Positions 46,884-47,601 of a stretch of DNA of 47,601 nucleotides are shown here, in pieces. The DNA is taken from the NCBI GenBank assembly GCA_964400255.1, contig CAYNTR010000003.1, positions 1 through 47,601 on the forward strand, given 5' to 3'. Origin of the DNA: an uncultured Halobacteria archaeon. GTDB taxonomy: Archaea; Halobacteriota; Syntropharchaeia; Alkanophagales; Methanospirareceae. The notes under the pieces were generated by a model that worked only from the letters and a program-made list of their open reading frames with translations, made no database searches and was not told the DNA's origin. The position numbers and the translations under genes were made by a program. The first letter of the stretch is position 1. The number at the start of each line of letters is the position of its first letter.

Positions 46884-47399
46884 GTGCAGGAACTATGTGA
46901 GAAGATGAAAGAAGAAGATTTGCGAGCATTACTTTCCGAGCAGCGATCATTAGCGAACGAATACCATACCTCGATATGGCGGAGTGTCCATTTCTTTTCC
47001 GCTTTAATTACTGCCCTTTTAGGACTAAGTGTTATACTCATCGCCTCAGAAGCACCAAAAGTCCTTGTCGTCAGCTTCCCTTTCTTAGCGTTACTATTCA
47101 GCATATTTGGCATCTTGGTATTATATAGAGGGAGTCGTTATTTCTTACAAGCCACCTATGCTATTTCTGTAATTCGCAATAAACTTGATATTCAGGACCC
47201 TATGAAGAAGCATGAGTTAAAGGTATTTGGAATTGATGATTTATTATGCGATAGGTTTCCTTCGGCAGAGGACTATGTAAAGAAACGAAGTATTAATTTA
47301 AAACAATTTAGAATAAGGACGATTATCTACTGGATATATATTGTATTAGCCATGTTGAGCGCACTTTTTATCGGTTATGTTGTTGTTCCTTATACGTAA
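46884..47399 (+). CDS. Hypothetical 3-TM membrane protein in AT-rich DNA
   Basis: 171-aa ORF. An amphipathic N-terminus is followed by two adjacent TM helices, a ~70-aa soluble loop and a C-terminal TM. The start may be the ATG at 46905. Confidence 0.4.
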   Translation: MQELCEKMKEEDLRALLSEQRSLANEYHTSIWRSVHFFSALITALLGLSVILIASEAPKVLVVSFPFLALLFSIFGILVLYRGSRYFLQATYAISVIRNKLDIQDPMKKHELKVFGIDDLLCDRFPSAEDYVKKRSINLKQFRIRTIIYWIYIVLAMLSALFIGYVVVPYT

Positions 47400-47601
47400 A
47401 AATCAGATTTGAATCTGAAAACGGTAAGCGGTTATTACAGAATCGGTGAAAGCATTACGAGGAAGCCTATATGAAACCTCTTTAAGGCAATCAATCAAAT
47501 ATCGCACTTCAACTGGCTAAAAATCTTTATTACTTGTTGCTTCAACGTTAACTACGACATGACATAAATAGTGAATCATATTTTCTTGGGATATTCTACC
47601 C

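Overview
This is a densely coding chromosomal window from an archaeon, most likely a Methanosarcinales-like methanogen or ANME-type methanotroph. All assignments come from motif recognition by eye; no searches or computations were run.

Evidence for that lineage:
- A fwdDBAC formylmethanofuran dehydrogenase operon.
- The archaeal AroA'/AroB' shikimate entry steps plus aroE.
- RibL, NikR and a CooC-type Ni-insertion ATPase.
- Proteasome beta subunit, aCPSF1/FttA, Csl4, RpoL, aRF1, SRP19, RFC small subunit and diphthine synthase.

Other housekeeping genes are argS, argC, argD, a LeuC/LeuD-type dehydratase pair, S14/S8, GrpE, an Fe-type alcohol dehydrogenase, an MFS transporter, a MarC-family protein and a TraB-family protein. 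Two tRNAs are present: Gly-CCC on the plus strand and Thr-UGU on the minus strand. I saw no rRNA, CRISPR array, transposase or integrase.

Small accessory patches interrupt this core:
1. 8.8-11.1 kb holds a translationally coupled pair of small genes with a palindromic operator. Next to it is a strongly AT-rich 488-aa orphan with a central HEPN-type RNxxxH motif. This is my best candidate for an undescribed defence or abortive-infection gene.
2. 28.9-31.4 kb is a three-gene membrane-protein cassette bracketed by related hairpin modules in inverted order.
3. 38.2-39.3 kb is an AT-rich orphan membrane gene abutting the 3' end of tRNA-Thr.
4. 46.3-47.6 kb is an AT-rich tail with small membrane proteins.

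Other oddities:
- A four-module repeat protein containing a very recent 249-nt-period internal duplication.
- A ~150-nt tandem duplication of the promoter and 5' end of aRF1.
- A 41-nt element repeated at the 3' ends of three genes.
- A bacterial-type RuvC.
- An S14-S8 pair detached from the usual ribosomal-protein operon.
- A KamA-family radical SAM protein with a long N-terminal extension, next to a divergent GuaA-type ATP pyrophosphatase.
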